Source of the DNA: an uncultured Gemmatimonadales bacterium
GTDB taxonomy: Bacteria; Gemmatimonadota; Gemmatimonadetes; Longimicrobiales; RSA9
NCBI GenBank assembly: GCA_963798085.1
Contig: CAWCRS010000008.1
Coordinates: forward strand, 192,001 to 256,000
Reading direction: 5' to 3'
Length of the DNA stretch: 64,000 nt
Positions 55,147-64,000 of this stretch are shown piece by piece. Every line of letters begins with the position of its first letter. Positions within the stretch are counted from its first letter, which is position 1. The translations under genes were made by a program, and so were the position numbers. The notes under the pieces are model-generated. The model was not told the DNA's origin. It did no database searches and saw only the letters and a program-made list of their open reading frames with translations.

Positions 55147-57615
55147 ATGGTGATGGGCGAAGTGCTGACGCAACCGCAGCGCATGCGACGCGCAACCGTC
55201 ATGGATCCGGGCATTGCCCTGATCAATGACCTGACCAGCCTGGCCACACGACTCGCGCAGGACGCGGAACAGAGCGCTCAGCTTGCGCAGGTTGCACGCA
55301 GTGCGCTGGAAGACGCAGTCCGCACACTGGTGCAGCAGCGGCTGGGAGCGCTGAAGTCGGTATTGCCGAAGCTGGCGGACTGGCTGCTGCGCGTGCTGCG
55401 CGCGACCACCGGCATCGGGCCCGAGCTGATCCCCACGTCTTCCCCCGCGGGTGTGCTGTCTCTGATCAGCCAGCTCATCGACACGATGGCGCAGGCGGCG
55501 CAGAACGGAAATGCCGCGCGCATTCAGCCGTACGTCGCCGAGCTGCTGGGCATCGTGCAGCACGATCTGGGGTTGAGCCTGCCCGCGCTCGAGACTGCCT
55601 TCTGGGGCGTGATCGACTCCATCATTGCACGTCTCGAGGCACTGCCGCTCGAGGCGGATCGCCGCGAGCGCGAGAACCGGCTGGACACGATTCGCGCACT
55701 GCGCCGCATGCGCCGGCTGGTACGCGGCCGGTTCCCGCTGCCCGCACTGGATGCCGATCGCATAGCTGATGCTCTGGCGGCAACGCTGCGCACCATCGAC
55801 GCGGCCGCGCTGGGCCGCGCGGCGCAGTGTGTGGCCCAGGCGATCGAGAAAGTAGCCGATGCGGGCCAGGCCATCGAGCAGCTGGTGCCGCTCGGCGCGC
55901 TGACCGGGTTCCGCAGCCTGGGCGCGGCTGCCGCGGTGGCCAGTGGGGAGACCTACTGCTGGTACGCCAGCTGGCTGTATGAGGAGGACGTGATCATCAA
56001 TGCGGCGGGCACGGAGATCCGGCGCGGCGACACCGTCATTGCCAGCGGCACGGGCCTGACCTTCGCCAGCATCCCCGACTTCACGACGGCCACGCCACAC
56101 TACACCTTCAACTGCGTCAGCCTCGCCACCATGGAGACGCTGACCAACGTCGTGTTTGTGCTGGCCGACGCCATCATCGTGGTGTGCCATCTGGTGTCGA
56201 TCGAAACTGGCGACGTCGCTTCCAATGCCCTGAATGTGGGCGCCTTCGGCTTCCTGGGCGTCATGGGCAAGCTGGTGGGCAGGAGTCCGCTCGCCTCCAG
56301 CGGTGTCGAGGACTGGGTCTACCCCCTGGCGGCCTCGTTCGCGGGCTCGTTCCAGGGTATTCACACGAAAGCGTCGGGCGGCAACATCTTCCTCATGTGG
56401 GTGACGCTGTTCCTGCCCGACTTCATCGAGGCGGTCATCTACAAGCAGGTCTCGCTCATTGCCCGCGACCTGGTGCTGTCGCTGCTGACACTGATCAACT
56501 ACGACGGGCCGCTCGAGTCGTCCGGCTCACCCGATACGCGCCCGCTCAACCGCATTCACATCGACGGCGTGGCCTGGGTGGGCGAGTGGCTGGGCAGTCT
56601 GGTATTCATGACGTTCTATCCCCGCGAGGAGTACGCGCAACCCTTCGCCTCGGGCGGGCACGCGGCCAAGTTCTTCCTGTTCTGGGACCTGTTCCTTAAC
56701 AACCTGTTCTACGTGCTGGGCCGGCTGGTGGGCTGCATCCTGGGCATGTCGGTGGCGCAGGTGTTCGACTTCGACACATGGGTGAAGCCCATGCCGCTCA
56801 AGCTGCTGCTGCTCAATCCGCTCATGTTCATTGTGAGCCTGTACATGGACAAGGAAGGGGACACGAAGGACGGACATTACAACCCGACCGGTGCGGAATA
56901 CGCCGGTTACCCGGACAAGGCGTCGTCGCCCTATCAACTGCCGTTCCCGAAGGACAACACGTACTACCTGGTGCAGGGCAACCAGGGATTCTTCAGTCAC
57001 CACCACCTCAATTTCGATCAGCAGTACTCGTACGACTTCTCCATGGACCAGGACGATCCCATCCTGGCCAGCCGCCCGGGCACGGTCGTCGATTATTTCG
57101 ACTGGATCAAGGACAACACCAATCCGGACACAACGGATATGACTGCGGCGACGACGGAAGCGACCGCGTCCGGCTTCCTCGTACCCGGCCAGACCACGTC
57201 CGACAGCTGGAACTTCATTGCCATCCGCCATGATGTGGACGATGCGGGCGCCGCGCTCCCGCCGGATAACACGCACGACAAGGCGGCGGGCGGCAGCGTG
57301 GTGACGACGTACGCGATCTACGGTCACGGGCGGAAGGGCAGTGTGCGCGATGCATTCCAGGCGAGGGGCGTGGCCGCCAACGCGATCATCGGTACGAAAG
57401 TCAAGCAGGGCCAGCGCATCATGCGCTCCGGTGACACGGGCGTGAGCTTCAACAATCACCTGCACATCATGGTGCAGGAAGGGCCGGCGAGCACGACGGC
57501 GCCGCCGGTTTCGCGGGGCGCGCTGTCGCAGCCGACGCTCCCGTTCGTGTTCAAGGACGCGGGCGTGCCAAAGCACCTGGACTGGTACGAGTCGAGTGTG
57601 ACGGAGGTAGTCTGA
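55147..57615 (+). CDS. Protein B1: helical N-domain + multi-TM region + M23-like peptidase
   Basis: QGNQGFFSH...YSYDF, ILASRPGTV, VKQGQRI, SGDTGVSFNNHLH; several hydrophobic segments mid-protein. Confidence 0.8.
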   Translation: MVMGEVLTQPQRMRRATVMDPGIALINDLTSLATRLAQDAEQSAQLAQVARSALEDAVRTLVQQRLGALKSVLPKLADWLLRVLRATTGIGPELIPTSSPAGVLSLISQLIDTMAQAAQNGNAARIQPYVAELLGIVQHDLGLSLPALETAFWGVIDSIIARLEALPLEADRRERENRLDTIRALRRMRRLVRGRFPLPALDADRIADALAATLRTIDAAALGRAAQCVAQAIEKVADAGQAIEQLVPLGALTGFRSLGAAAAVASGETYCWYASWLYEEDVIINAAGTEIRRGDTVIASGTGLTFASIPDFTTATPHYTFNCVSLATMETLTNVVFVLADAIIVVCHLVSIETGDVASNALNVGAFGFLGVMGKLVGRSPLASSGVEDWVYPLAASFAGSFQGIHTKASGGNIFLMWVTLFLPDFIEAVIYKQVSLIARDLVLSLLTLINYDGPLESSGSPDTRPLNRIHIDGVAWVGEWLGSLVFMTFYPREEYAQPFASGGHAAKFFLFWDLFLNNLFYVLGRLVGCILGMSVAQVFDFDTWVKPMPLKLLLLNPLMFIVSLYMDKEGDTKDGHYNPTGAEYAGYPDKASSPYQLPFPKDNTYYLVQGNQGFFSHHHLNFDQQYSYDFSMDQDDPILASRPGTVVDYFDWIKDNTNPDTTDMTAATTEATASGFLVPGQTTSDSWNFIAIRHDVDDAGAALPPDNTHDKAAGGSVVTTYAIYGHGRKGSVRDAFQARGVAANAIIGTKVKQGQRIMRSGDTGVSFNNHLHIMVQEGPASTTAPPVSRGALSQPTLPFVFKDAGVPKHLDWYESSVTEVV

Positions 57616-57619
57616 TCGC

Positions 57620-58213
57620 ATGAAGATCAAACCGATGCTCGGCGACTGGGAGGTGCCTCACATTGCAGGCATCGAGACGCTCGAGCGCCGCGAGCTGGCG
57701 GAGCTGGAGATTCCCGGGCGCACGGGCAGCCTGTTCCAGGACCTGAACGCCGCGCCCACGCGCATTGCCATTCGCGGCAGCCTCTTCGGCGATGCGAACC
57801 GCGATGACTTCCTGCAGCAGGTGCGCGACAAGTTCCGCGCAGGCGAGCCGGTCACGTTCGTCGCCGACATCATTACCGCGACTGAGGTGCAGTACGTCCT
57901 CATCGAAACCATGCATTTCGCGGAGAGCGGTGTTGCGCCCGATGAGACCAGCTACTTCCTGGTGTTGCGCGAGAGTCCGCCGCCGCCACCGCCACCGGAC
58001 CCACTGGGCGGCCTCGATGCGGGGCTGCTGGATCAGGCGGGCTCGCTGCTCGACACGGTGACGGGCGCGCTCGATGCCCTCGACGCGCTGGCCAACATTC
58101 CCGACCTGCAGGATCCCACGCCACCGCTGCGTGGCATTCTGGACGGTGTGTCCGGCGCGCTCGATGGACTGGGCGGCGTGACCGGCTCCATCAGCGATCT
58201 CTTCGGCAGCTGA
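57620..58213 (+). CDS. Tube-initiator/hub-like protein (Mu gpN N-domain / P2 gpU-like) with helical tail
   Basis: ELEIPGRTGSLFQDL...IAIRGSL...RAGEPVTFV...VLIETMHFAE...YFLVLRE, then poly-Pro and LD/G-rich helices. Confidence 0.6.
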   Translation: MKIKPMLGDWEVPHIAGIETLERRELAELEIPGRTGSLFQDLNAAPTRIAIRGSLFGDANRDDFLQQVRDKFRAGEPVTFVADIITATEVQYVLIETMHFAESGVAPDETSYFLVLRESPPPPPPPDPLGGLDAGLLDQAGSLLDTVTGALDALDALANIPDLQDPTPPLRGILDGVSGALDGLGGVTGSISDLFGS

Positions 58214-58216
58214 CGC

Positions 58217-61200
58217 ATGGCGACCGTCTCCGCGCAGCTCGACGCCAGCATGGCCGGCAATGATGTGTCGGCACGCGTGGGCACGCAGATCACGCAGCTG
58301 AACGGCATCGCGACGCAGCTGGCCACGCTGATCCAGCATCCGCCCGGTGCTGTGAACCAGCTGTTGCGCGCGTTCGGCGATCTGCCGCTGCCCGAGTTCC
58401 AGGTCGCGGCGCAGCTGTCCACCCGGCTGATCGAGATGCGCGGCGCCGTGCCCACCGATGTCAGTGGACTGCTGCGTGGCGTGCTCGATGGCATCGCCCA
58501 ACTGCAGACCGACTTCGGCGGTGCACTGGGTGGCCAGCTGGCGAAGGCGCTGCTGCTGATCGAGCGACTGCACGCGCTGACGCAGATCGACCTGCGCTGT
58601 CTGGGTGGCGCTTCGTCGAGCACGGCGACACTGACGGCGGGCGGGGCAGCGGGCGCAACTGGCGCGAGCGGCGTGGCGGCGGCGACCGGCACGAGCGCGG
58701 CCACTGCACCCTCGCCGTCCGCCACGCAGGACACGGTCGCACGTGCTAACACGATCCTCGATGCCATACCGCAGCCGCCCGGCATCGAGGGTGTGCTGCG
58801 CTGGGCGCACAGCGGCACCGTGATCGAACGCAATGAGCCGCTGCTGCCCGCCGTGATCCCGGTCTGGGATGATCTGCGCGACCCCGTGGATACGCTGATC
58901 ACGTGGGACACCATGACACCGGCGCAGCTGGGCGTCGAGCTGACCACGTCGCTCACCGACACGGCCGCGTTCCTGCGCGAGACGCTGGCACGCGAGCTGG
59001 AGCCGCTGGCCGCGGACATCAGCGCGCTGCTGACGCCGCTGCCGCAGGCGGATCTCACGCGCATTGCGGATCGGCTGACCGCGCGTCTCGTTGCGATCGG
59101 TGCTGCAGTGCACGCCGGCAACCTCAGCGGCATGAGTCCGGCCGCGACGGAAGTGCACGCGCTGCTCGATGAGTACAGCACATTGCAGGCGACACTGCCC
59201 GTCACGCTCGCGACCGACGCGACGCAGCTGCGGGGCCGGCTGGCCGAGCTGGCGGATGATCTGCATGAAGGCTGCTGCCACGCGATCTCGATTCTGCGTC
59301 CGGGCGGCGCGGTCCTCATCAATCTTCCGGCCGGCCTCGAGGCCAATGCGCTGGCGGACCTGCGCAACTGGCTCACCGGCGTTTCCGACTGGCTGGAAAA
59401 TGTGCTGAGCGCCGTCGATCTGGACGCGCTGCAGGCGCCCATCAGGCAGCTGGCGAGTGGTGCGCAGGGTGTGGCCGCTTCGCTGGATGAAGCCCTGGCC
59501 ACGGTCGTGGTGCAGGTGCAGAGCCTGTTCCAGCAGCTGGAATCGCTCATCGATGCGGTCGACATCGCCGCTATAACGACCAGCGTGCAGACCGCGATCA
59601 CGCAGTTCCGCACCGAGGTGGTGCAGCGCATCACGGGTGCGCTCGCTCCTGCGCGCACGGCGATCGAACAGGCCGTTGGCGCACTCGCCGCTGCGGTCAA
59701 TGGTTTCGACCCCGCCGACATTGTGGCCGCGCTGCACGATGCCATTGACCGGGTGGCGGGCGTGCTGCAGGACCCGGGCGTGACCGCGGCGATCGGCCAG
59801 ATCAAAGGTGTGATCGACACCGCCACGCAGCAGGTGCAGTCGCTTTCCTTCACGCCCGTGACCGATCAGGTGATTGCCGTGATCGATGCGCTGAAAGGGA
59901 AGGTGCAGGAGATCGACCCGGCGCAGCTGCCCGATGCCGCAAAGGCGGCGTTAGCGGCGGCCGCGCTGGTGCTGCCCTCCGATCTGCAGCCCATCACGGA
60001 CCCGATCGTGGTGGATTTCAGCGGTCTGGTGGACAGCGGACCCGTGCCCGTGCTGGAGCAGGTGAAGCAGCAGCCGGCGAAGCTGCTCGAGCAGGTGACG
60101 CGCTTCGAGCCGTCGAAGCTGATCGGTGATACACTGTCGCAGCCGTTCCAGAAGCTGCTGCGCGACCTGGATGCGTTCCGGCCGAGCAAGCTGCTCAAGC
60201 CGCTGGGCAGGGAGCTGGACACCTTCAAGCAGACGCTGCTGCGCAGCGCCTCGCCCAGTCGTGCGCTGCAGCCTCTGGCCGGTCCCTTCGGCGAAGTGAC
60301 GGCCGCACTGGGCCGGCTGGATCCGACACAGCTTACCAAGCCGATCGACGACGCACTGGCCGAGGCCGGCAAGAAGCTGTCAGACCTGCTGCCCGTGCAG
60401 GACCTGTTCGATGCGATTGATGCAGTGCTCGGCGCCGTACGCCGTTTTCTCGACAGCTATGACGCCATGCTCGCGCTGCTGCGCCGCCTGCACGGGCTCG
60501 CCGATGCCCTGGCGAATGCGCCCGCCGACCTGGTCGCCTGGATCAACCGCGTGCTGGACAGGATCGAGCAGGTGCCGGATCCCGCGGCCGTCAATCTGGG
60601 CGTCGTAGCCCTGCGTGATGCGGTCGATGCGACGCGCGGCGCCGCCATCGGGGCGCGCTTCAATGCGTTGACCGCGACATCGCGGGCCGCCTTGGACAGT
60701 GTCGATGGCGGGAACCGGCTGTCCGCGCTGATCACGGCGTATCACGGCGTTTCGCGACCCGCGCTCGAGGCATTGCCCGACTCGCCGACGCGCACATCGC
60801 TGCTTGCGGCACTGGACCGCTTCGATCCGCTGACCCCCTCGTTCGGTGCGCCCTGGCTGGCATTGGGTCAGTTGCGCAGCGCAGTGGGCGGCGCCCGCGC
60901 GGCGCTCGAGGCGCAGCAGAGCCAGTGGGACACCGACTACCACTTCGCGGGCAGTGCGCTCTCCGATCTGCGACGCGATTCCGCCACACCGGCCGAACTG
61001 CGCGCGTTCGCGCAGGAGCTGCTGGACGCGCAGCTGGTGCAGCCGATCGCGGCCGTGAGTGCATTCCTGGAGCCGGCGCGCGTGGTCTTCGGCAGCATTC
61101 TCGACGGCGTGGAAGATCTGCTGGGCCGCGTGCGCAGCCGCCTTGATGCGCTGCTGCTCGGGCCGCAGTCGGTGCAGGGTCTGCGCGATGCCATGGGTGA

Positions 61201-61669
61201 CATTGTCGCCGACGTGACCAGCCTGAACGTCGATTTCCTCCCTGACAGCCTCAACACGCTGTTTGGCGCGGTGCGGGCCAGACTCGAGGCCATCTCCCCC
61301 GCAGCACTGGGCAAGCCGCTGGATGACGTGTTCAAGGCCATCCTGGACACCTTGAGCCTCGAGGTCGTGCTGCCGAAAGCGGAGCTGCAGGCGCTGGACG
61401 CCACTTACGAAGCGTTCGTCGCGAAGATCCGTCCGCTCGATCCGGGCCAGCTCGTGATCGAAGCCGTGCAGCCGGTCTGGGATCAGACTGTGCTGCCCCT
61501 GCTGGCGGCGTTCGATCTCACGCCCGTGATCGAGGCGCTGATCGAGAAGCTGCATTCCCTCGATGACAGTCTGCGCGCGGAGCTGGAACGCGTGAACGGC
61601 TCGTACCAGCAGCTGCTCGCCGCCATCCCGTCGGGGGATGTCAGCGTCAGCGCGAGTATCTCGCTATGA
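58217..61669 (+). CDS. Large helical-repeat protein A2 (1150 aa), paralog of A1
   Basis: Intact ORF; shares MATV...GND, DDLRDP.DTL..W...TPAQ, LSFTP..D, DLxPITDPI, DSGPxPVLEQV, LDRFDPLxPxFGxPW with A1. Confidence 0.85.
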   Translation: MATVSAQLDASMAGNDVSARVGTQITQLNGIATQLATLIQHPPGAVNQLLRAFGDLPLPEFQVAAQLSTRLIEMRGAVPTDVSGLLRGVLDGIAQLQTDFGGALGGQLAKALLLIERLHALTQIDLRCLGGASSSTATLTAGGAAGATGASGVAAATGTSAATAPSPSATQDTVARANTILDAIPQPPGIEGVLRWAHSGTVIERNEPLLPAVIPVWDDLRDPVDTLITWDTMTPAQLGVELTTSLTDTAAFLRETLARELEPLAADISALLTPLPQADLTRIADRLTARLVAIGAAVHAGNLSGMSPAATEVHALLDEYSTLQATLPVTLATDATQLRGRLAELADDLHEGCCHAISILRPGGAVLINLPAGLEANALADLRNWLTGVSDWLENVLSAVDLDALQAPIRQLASGAQGVAASLDEALATVVVQVQSLFQQLESLIDAVDIAAITTSVQTAITQFRTEVVQRITGALAPARTAIEQAVGALAAAVNGFDPADIVAALHDAIDRVAGVLQDPGVTAAIGQIKGVIDTATQQVQSLSFTPVTDQVIAVIDALKGKVQEIDPAQLPDAAKAALAAAALVLPSDLQPITDPIVVDFSGLVDSGPVPVLEQVKQQPAKLLEQVTRFEPSKLIGDTLSQPFQKLLRDLDAFRPSKLLKPLGRELDTFKQTLLRSASPSRALQPLAGPFGEVTAALGRLDPTQLTKPIDDALAEAGKKLSDLLPVQDLFDAIDAVLGAVRRFLDSYDAMLALLRRLHGLADALANAPADLVAWINRVLDRIEQVPDPAAVNLGVVALRDAVDATRGAAIGARFNALTATSRAALDSVDGGNRLSALITAYHGVSRPALEALPDSPTRTSLLAALDRFDPLTPSFGAPWLALGQLRSAVGGARAALEAQQSQWDTDYHFAGSALSDLRRDSATPAELRAFAQELLDAQLVQPIAAVSAFLEPARVVFGSILDGVEDLLGRVRSRLDALLLGPQSVQGLRDAMGDIVADVTSLNVDFLPDSLNTLFGAVRARLEAISPAALGKPLDDVFKAILDTLSLEVVLPKAELQALDATYEAFVAKIRPLDPGQLVIEAVQPVWDQTVLPLLAAFDLTPVIEALIEKLHSLDDSLRAELERVNGSYQQLLAAIPSGDVSVSASISL

Positions 61670-61694
61670 CGGTGCGCGGCCGGGAGGCGTGGTC

Positions 61695-64000
61695 ATGGTG
61701 ATGGGCTCCGTGCTGGTGCAGCCGCAGCGCGTGCGCCGCGGCCGGCACGCGGATCCGGGGATCTCGCTGTTCACGGATCTGTTCAGCGTGATTACTCGCC
61801 TGTTGACGGACGCGAAACTGGGCGGCCGGCTGGGCGACATCGCCGGCGAGGCGCTCGTCGCCAATTTCCAGCGCATTGCGACGGAGCGCGTCGCGCGCAT
61901 CGCGCAGGCGGGCCCGCACGCGGTGCAGCGGCTGCTCGATCTGCTGCGCGCGATAACCGGTGTCAGTGCGACGGTTCGCATCGCGGCGCCGGCGGACGCG
62001 CTGGAACTCGCGCGTCAGCTGCTGGACCACTTCGCGGATGGTGTGGAAGGGGTTACCGCGGTGCGTCTGCGCCCGCATGTCGCGGCATTTCTGGACATTC
62101 TCGAGACCGACCTGGGCTTCAGCCTGGTGCAGGCGGAGGCCGAGTTGTGGCGCATCGTCCACGACATCATCGACCGCCTCGAAGCCGAGCCGCCGGAGCC
62201 GAACGTGCGCGCCCGCGAGAATCGCCTCGAGGTCATCTGTCTGCTGCGGCGCATCCTGCGCGTACTCTCGGGTTTCACCATGCCGCGCATCAATGCGGAT
62301 GGGCTCGCCAGCCTCATGGCGTCGCTGCTGGCCGGCCTCAGGGCGCCGGCGTTTGCCGCCCGCCTGCGCTGCGTGGCGCGCGCACTGGAGAGCGCGGCGC
62401 GTACCGGCCAGAGCGTGACCGAGCTGGTCGCGATCGGCTCGTTCGCGGAGTTCCGCAGCCTGGGCGCGGCCGCCGCGGCGGCGGAGCAGCAGGAACGCTT
62501 CTGCTGGTACGCCACGTGGGTGCTGGGGAAGAACACGGTGATCAGCAAGGACCGGTCAGAGATCCGCTTTGGTGGCAAAGTCGTCATGACTGGCGAGAAC
62601 CTCGGCCTGGCCGATATCCCCGAGTTCCGCGACACGAACACAGTCGACGGCAAGCCGTTCTTCTACACGTACGCCAGGGTCGATCTGGAGGCGCTCGACA
62701 CCATCGCGTTCGTGAGTGCCGTGGCGGCGGACGCACTCATTGTGCTGTTCCACACGATCTCAATGGAGGAAGGCGACTTCATCGCCAACCTCGTAAACAT
62801 GCAGTTTGCCATGCTGGCGGGCATTTACAAGGCGGCCGCCGCCAGGCCCATGCTGCCGCTCTGGGCCGAGAACTGGCTCATTCCAATGGGCATCACGATT
62901 CCGGCCTCGCTCGAAGGCATCCACACGCACGCCGCCCCGGCGCAGGGCGCCATTCTGTGGCTCACGCTTTTCGGACCGGATTTCGGCGAGGAACGGTTGT
63001 ACCGGGGGTACGGCCTGACCGCGCGCAACGCGCTGTTATCCATCCTCACACTGGCGAATCACAGGAACGCGCCCAACGGCGTGCCGGAGAATCACAAGGT
63101 CGCGGCCGGCCTCAACGACCTGCTGGGCTTCGTGGTCAGCATGCTGTACAGCCTGAAGGTGCCACGCGACGAGTGGGGCCTGGTCAATACACAGGTGACG
63201 CCGCGCGACTTCAATGCGGGCCTTGTCTTCGGCTGGGTGCTGGGCTTCGCATCGCTGGGCTGGCTCACCGGTCGCGTGGTGGGCGGGCTGCTGGCGTGGG
63301 CGATCACGCGCGAGGTGGCGCCCTGGGCATGGTTCGGCCGGCGCTGGTGGTCCCTCTTCGAGCACTGGCTCTGGTACGCCAGCTTCCTGTACTGGTGGAT
63401 CGAGGGCGACACCGACGGTGGCCATTACAACTCGGCCGGCGGACCGGCGTACGCCGGCTATCCGCCGAAGGAGAACTCGCCGTACACACTGCCCTACGTG
63501 GCTGGAAACTCGTGTTATGTGGGCCAGGGCAACATGGGCCTGTTCAGCCACAACAAGCTGAATGGCGACCAGACGTATGCCATCGACTTCGCACTGGATC
63601 AGGACGAGAAGATCCTGGCCGCGCGCGCCGGCACCGTCGTCGACTGGTTCGACTGGGTCACCGACGACGAGAACATCAGGACGGCATGGCCTGACGCGGC
63701 CGCCGCGGACAATCCCACGGGTGTGCAGCCGGTCGTGCTGCCGGATGGAACATCCCAGACCACATCCTCGGTCAAGAATTTCATCCTCGTGCGTCACGAC
63801 CGCGACGAAGACGGCAACCTGCTGCCCGTGGGCACGTTCAATGACACGCACGATCGGGGCGCGGGCAACACGCCGACACGCACGTACACGGCGTACCTGC
63901 ACGGTCGCAAGGGAAGCATCCGCGAAGCGTTTGCCGCACGCGGCATTACGCCCGTCAACATCATGGGTCAGGTACTGCTGCGCGGGCACTGGATCATGCG
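61695..64000 (+). CDS. Protein B2, paralog of B1 (helical + multi-TM + M23-like); runs off window end
   Basis: Own translation (not in ORF track): GGGAGG RBS, MVMGSVLVQPQRVRR...FRSLGAAAA...CWYATW...GQGNMGLFSH...YAIDF...HGRKGSIREAFAARG, start and end motifs in the same frame. Confidence 0.82.
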   Translation, partial: MVMGSVLVQPQRVRRGRHADPGISLFTDLFSVITRLLTDAKLGGRLGDIAGEALVANFQRIATERVARIAQAGPHAVQRLLDLLRAITGVSATVRIAAPADALELARQLLDHFADGVEGVTAVRLRPHVAAFLDILETDLGFSLVQAEAELWRIVHDIIDRLEAEPPEPNVRARENRLEVICLLRRILRVLSGFTMPRINADGLASLMASLLAGLRAPAFAARLRCVARALESAARTGQSVTELVAIGSFAEFRSLGAAAAAAEQQERFCWYATWVLGKNTVISKDRSEIRFGGKVVMTGENLGLADIPEFRDTNTVDGKPFFYTYARVDLEALDTIAFVSAVAADALIVLFHTISMEEGDFIANLVNMQFAMLAGIYKAAAARPMLPLWAENWLIPMGITIPASLEGIHTHAAPAQGAILWLTLFGPDFGEERLYRGYGLTARNALLSILTLANHRNAPNGVPENHKVAAGLNDLLGFVVSMLYSLKVPRDEWGLVNTQVTPRDFNAGLVFGWVLGFASLGWLTGRVVGGLLAWAITREVAPWAWFGRRWWSLFEHWLWYASFLYWWIEGDTDGGHYNSAGGPAYAGYPPKENSPYTLPYVAGNSCYVGQGNMGLFSHNKLNGDQTYAIDFALDQDEKILAARAGTVVDWFDWVTDDENIRTAWPDAAAADNPTGVQPVVLPDGTSQTTSSVKNFILVRHDRDEDGNLLPVGTFNDTHDRGAGNTPTRTYTAYLHGRKGSIREAFAARGITPVNIMGQVLLRGHWIM

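Larger units (their letters stand above)
47344..64000 (+). other. Capsid-less contractile phage-tail-like gene cluster (CIS/tailocin-like), truncated by window end
   Basis: Co-oriented, tightly packed genes: sheath, tube, chaperone, tube-initiator-like gene and duplicated helical/M23 cassettes; no head, packaging or integrase genes between it and the upstream permease. Confidence 0.75.

Noticed and set aside
57551..61555. Long antisense ORFs (728, 606, 391 aa) and similar ones elsewhere
   Set aside because: Shadow frames of high-GC genes; Arg/Ala-rich with no motifs
47344..64000. Intact prophage or canonical T6SS
   Set aside because: No head, packaging, integrase, replication or lysis genes in view; single-chain sheath rather than TssB/TssC; no TssJLM or ClpV. 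Downstream sequence is unseen, so not fully excluded.

Overview
High-GC bacterial chromosome segment. The gene mix (four orphan ADOP-type duplicated ABC permeases, PadR, Ser/Thr kinase-TolB fusion, VPS10/BNR hydrolase, DPP-IV, Ig/RCC1 lipoproteins) suggests Gemmatimonadota or Acidobacteriota; this is an inference. About 11 frameshifts, several of them single extra bases in short homopolymers, look like long-read assembly errors rather than real pseudogenes. The region 1-47 kb is mostly accessory or housekeeping. It includes an ECF sigma/anti-sigma/CHAT-protease module, a papain-like Cys enzyme followed by a free-standing copy of its own N-terminal domain, a NUDIX-SprT-(HIT/PLD/SF2 helicase/DUF3427-like) candidate defence operon, and a divergent MocR/PLP-decarboxylase pair with visible operator repeats. 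The most striking part is 47.3-64 kb, which runs off the window: a capsid-less contractile-tail operon. It holds a cap-like/lectin fusion, a minimal sheath, a tube, a chaperone, a low-complexity protein and a tube-initiator-like gene, plus two paralogous cassettes. Each cassette pairs a ~1150-aa proline-punctuated helical-repeat protein with a helical + multi-TM + M23-peptidase protein. It does not match the canonical Afp/PVC, R-pyocin or T6SS layouts as I know them. No rRNA, tRNA, CRISPR array or transposase was seen. All family assignments come from motif recognition by eye, not database searches.
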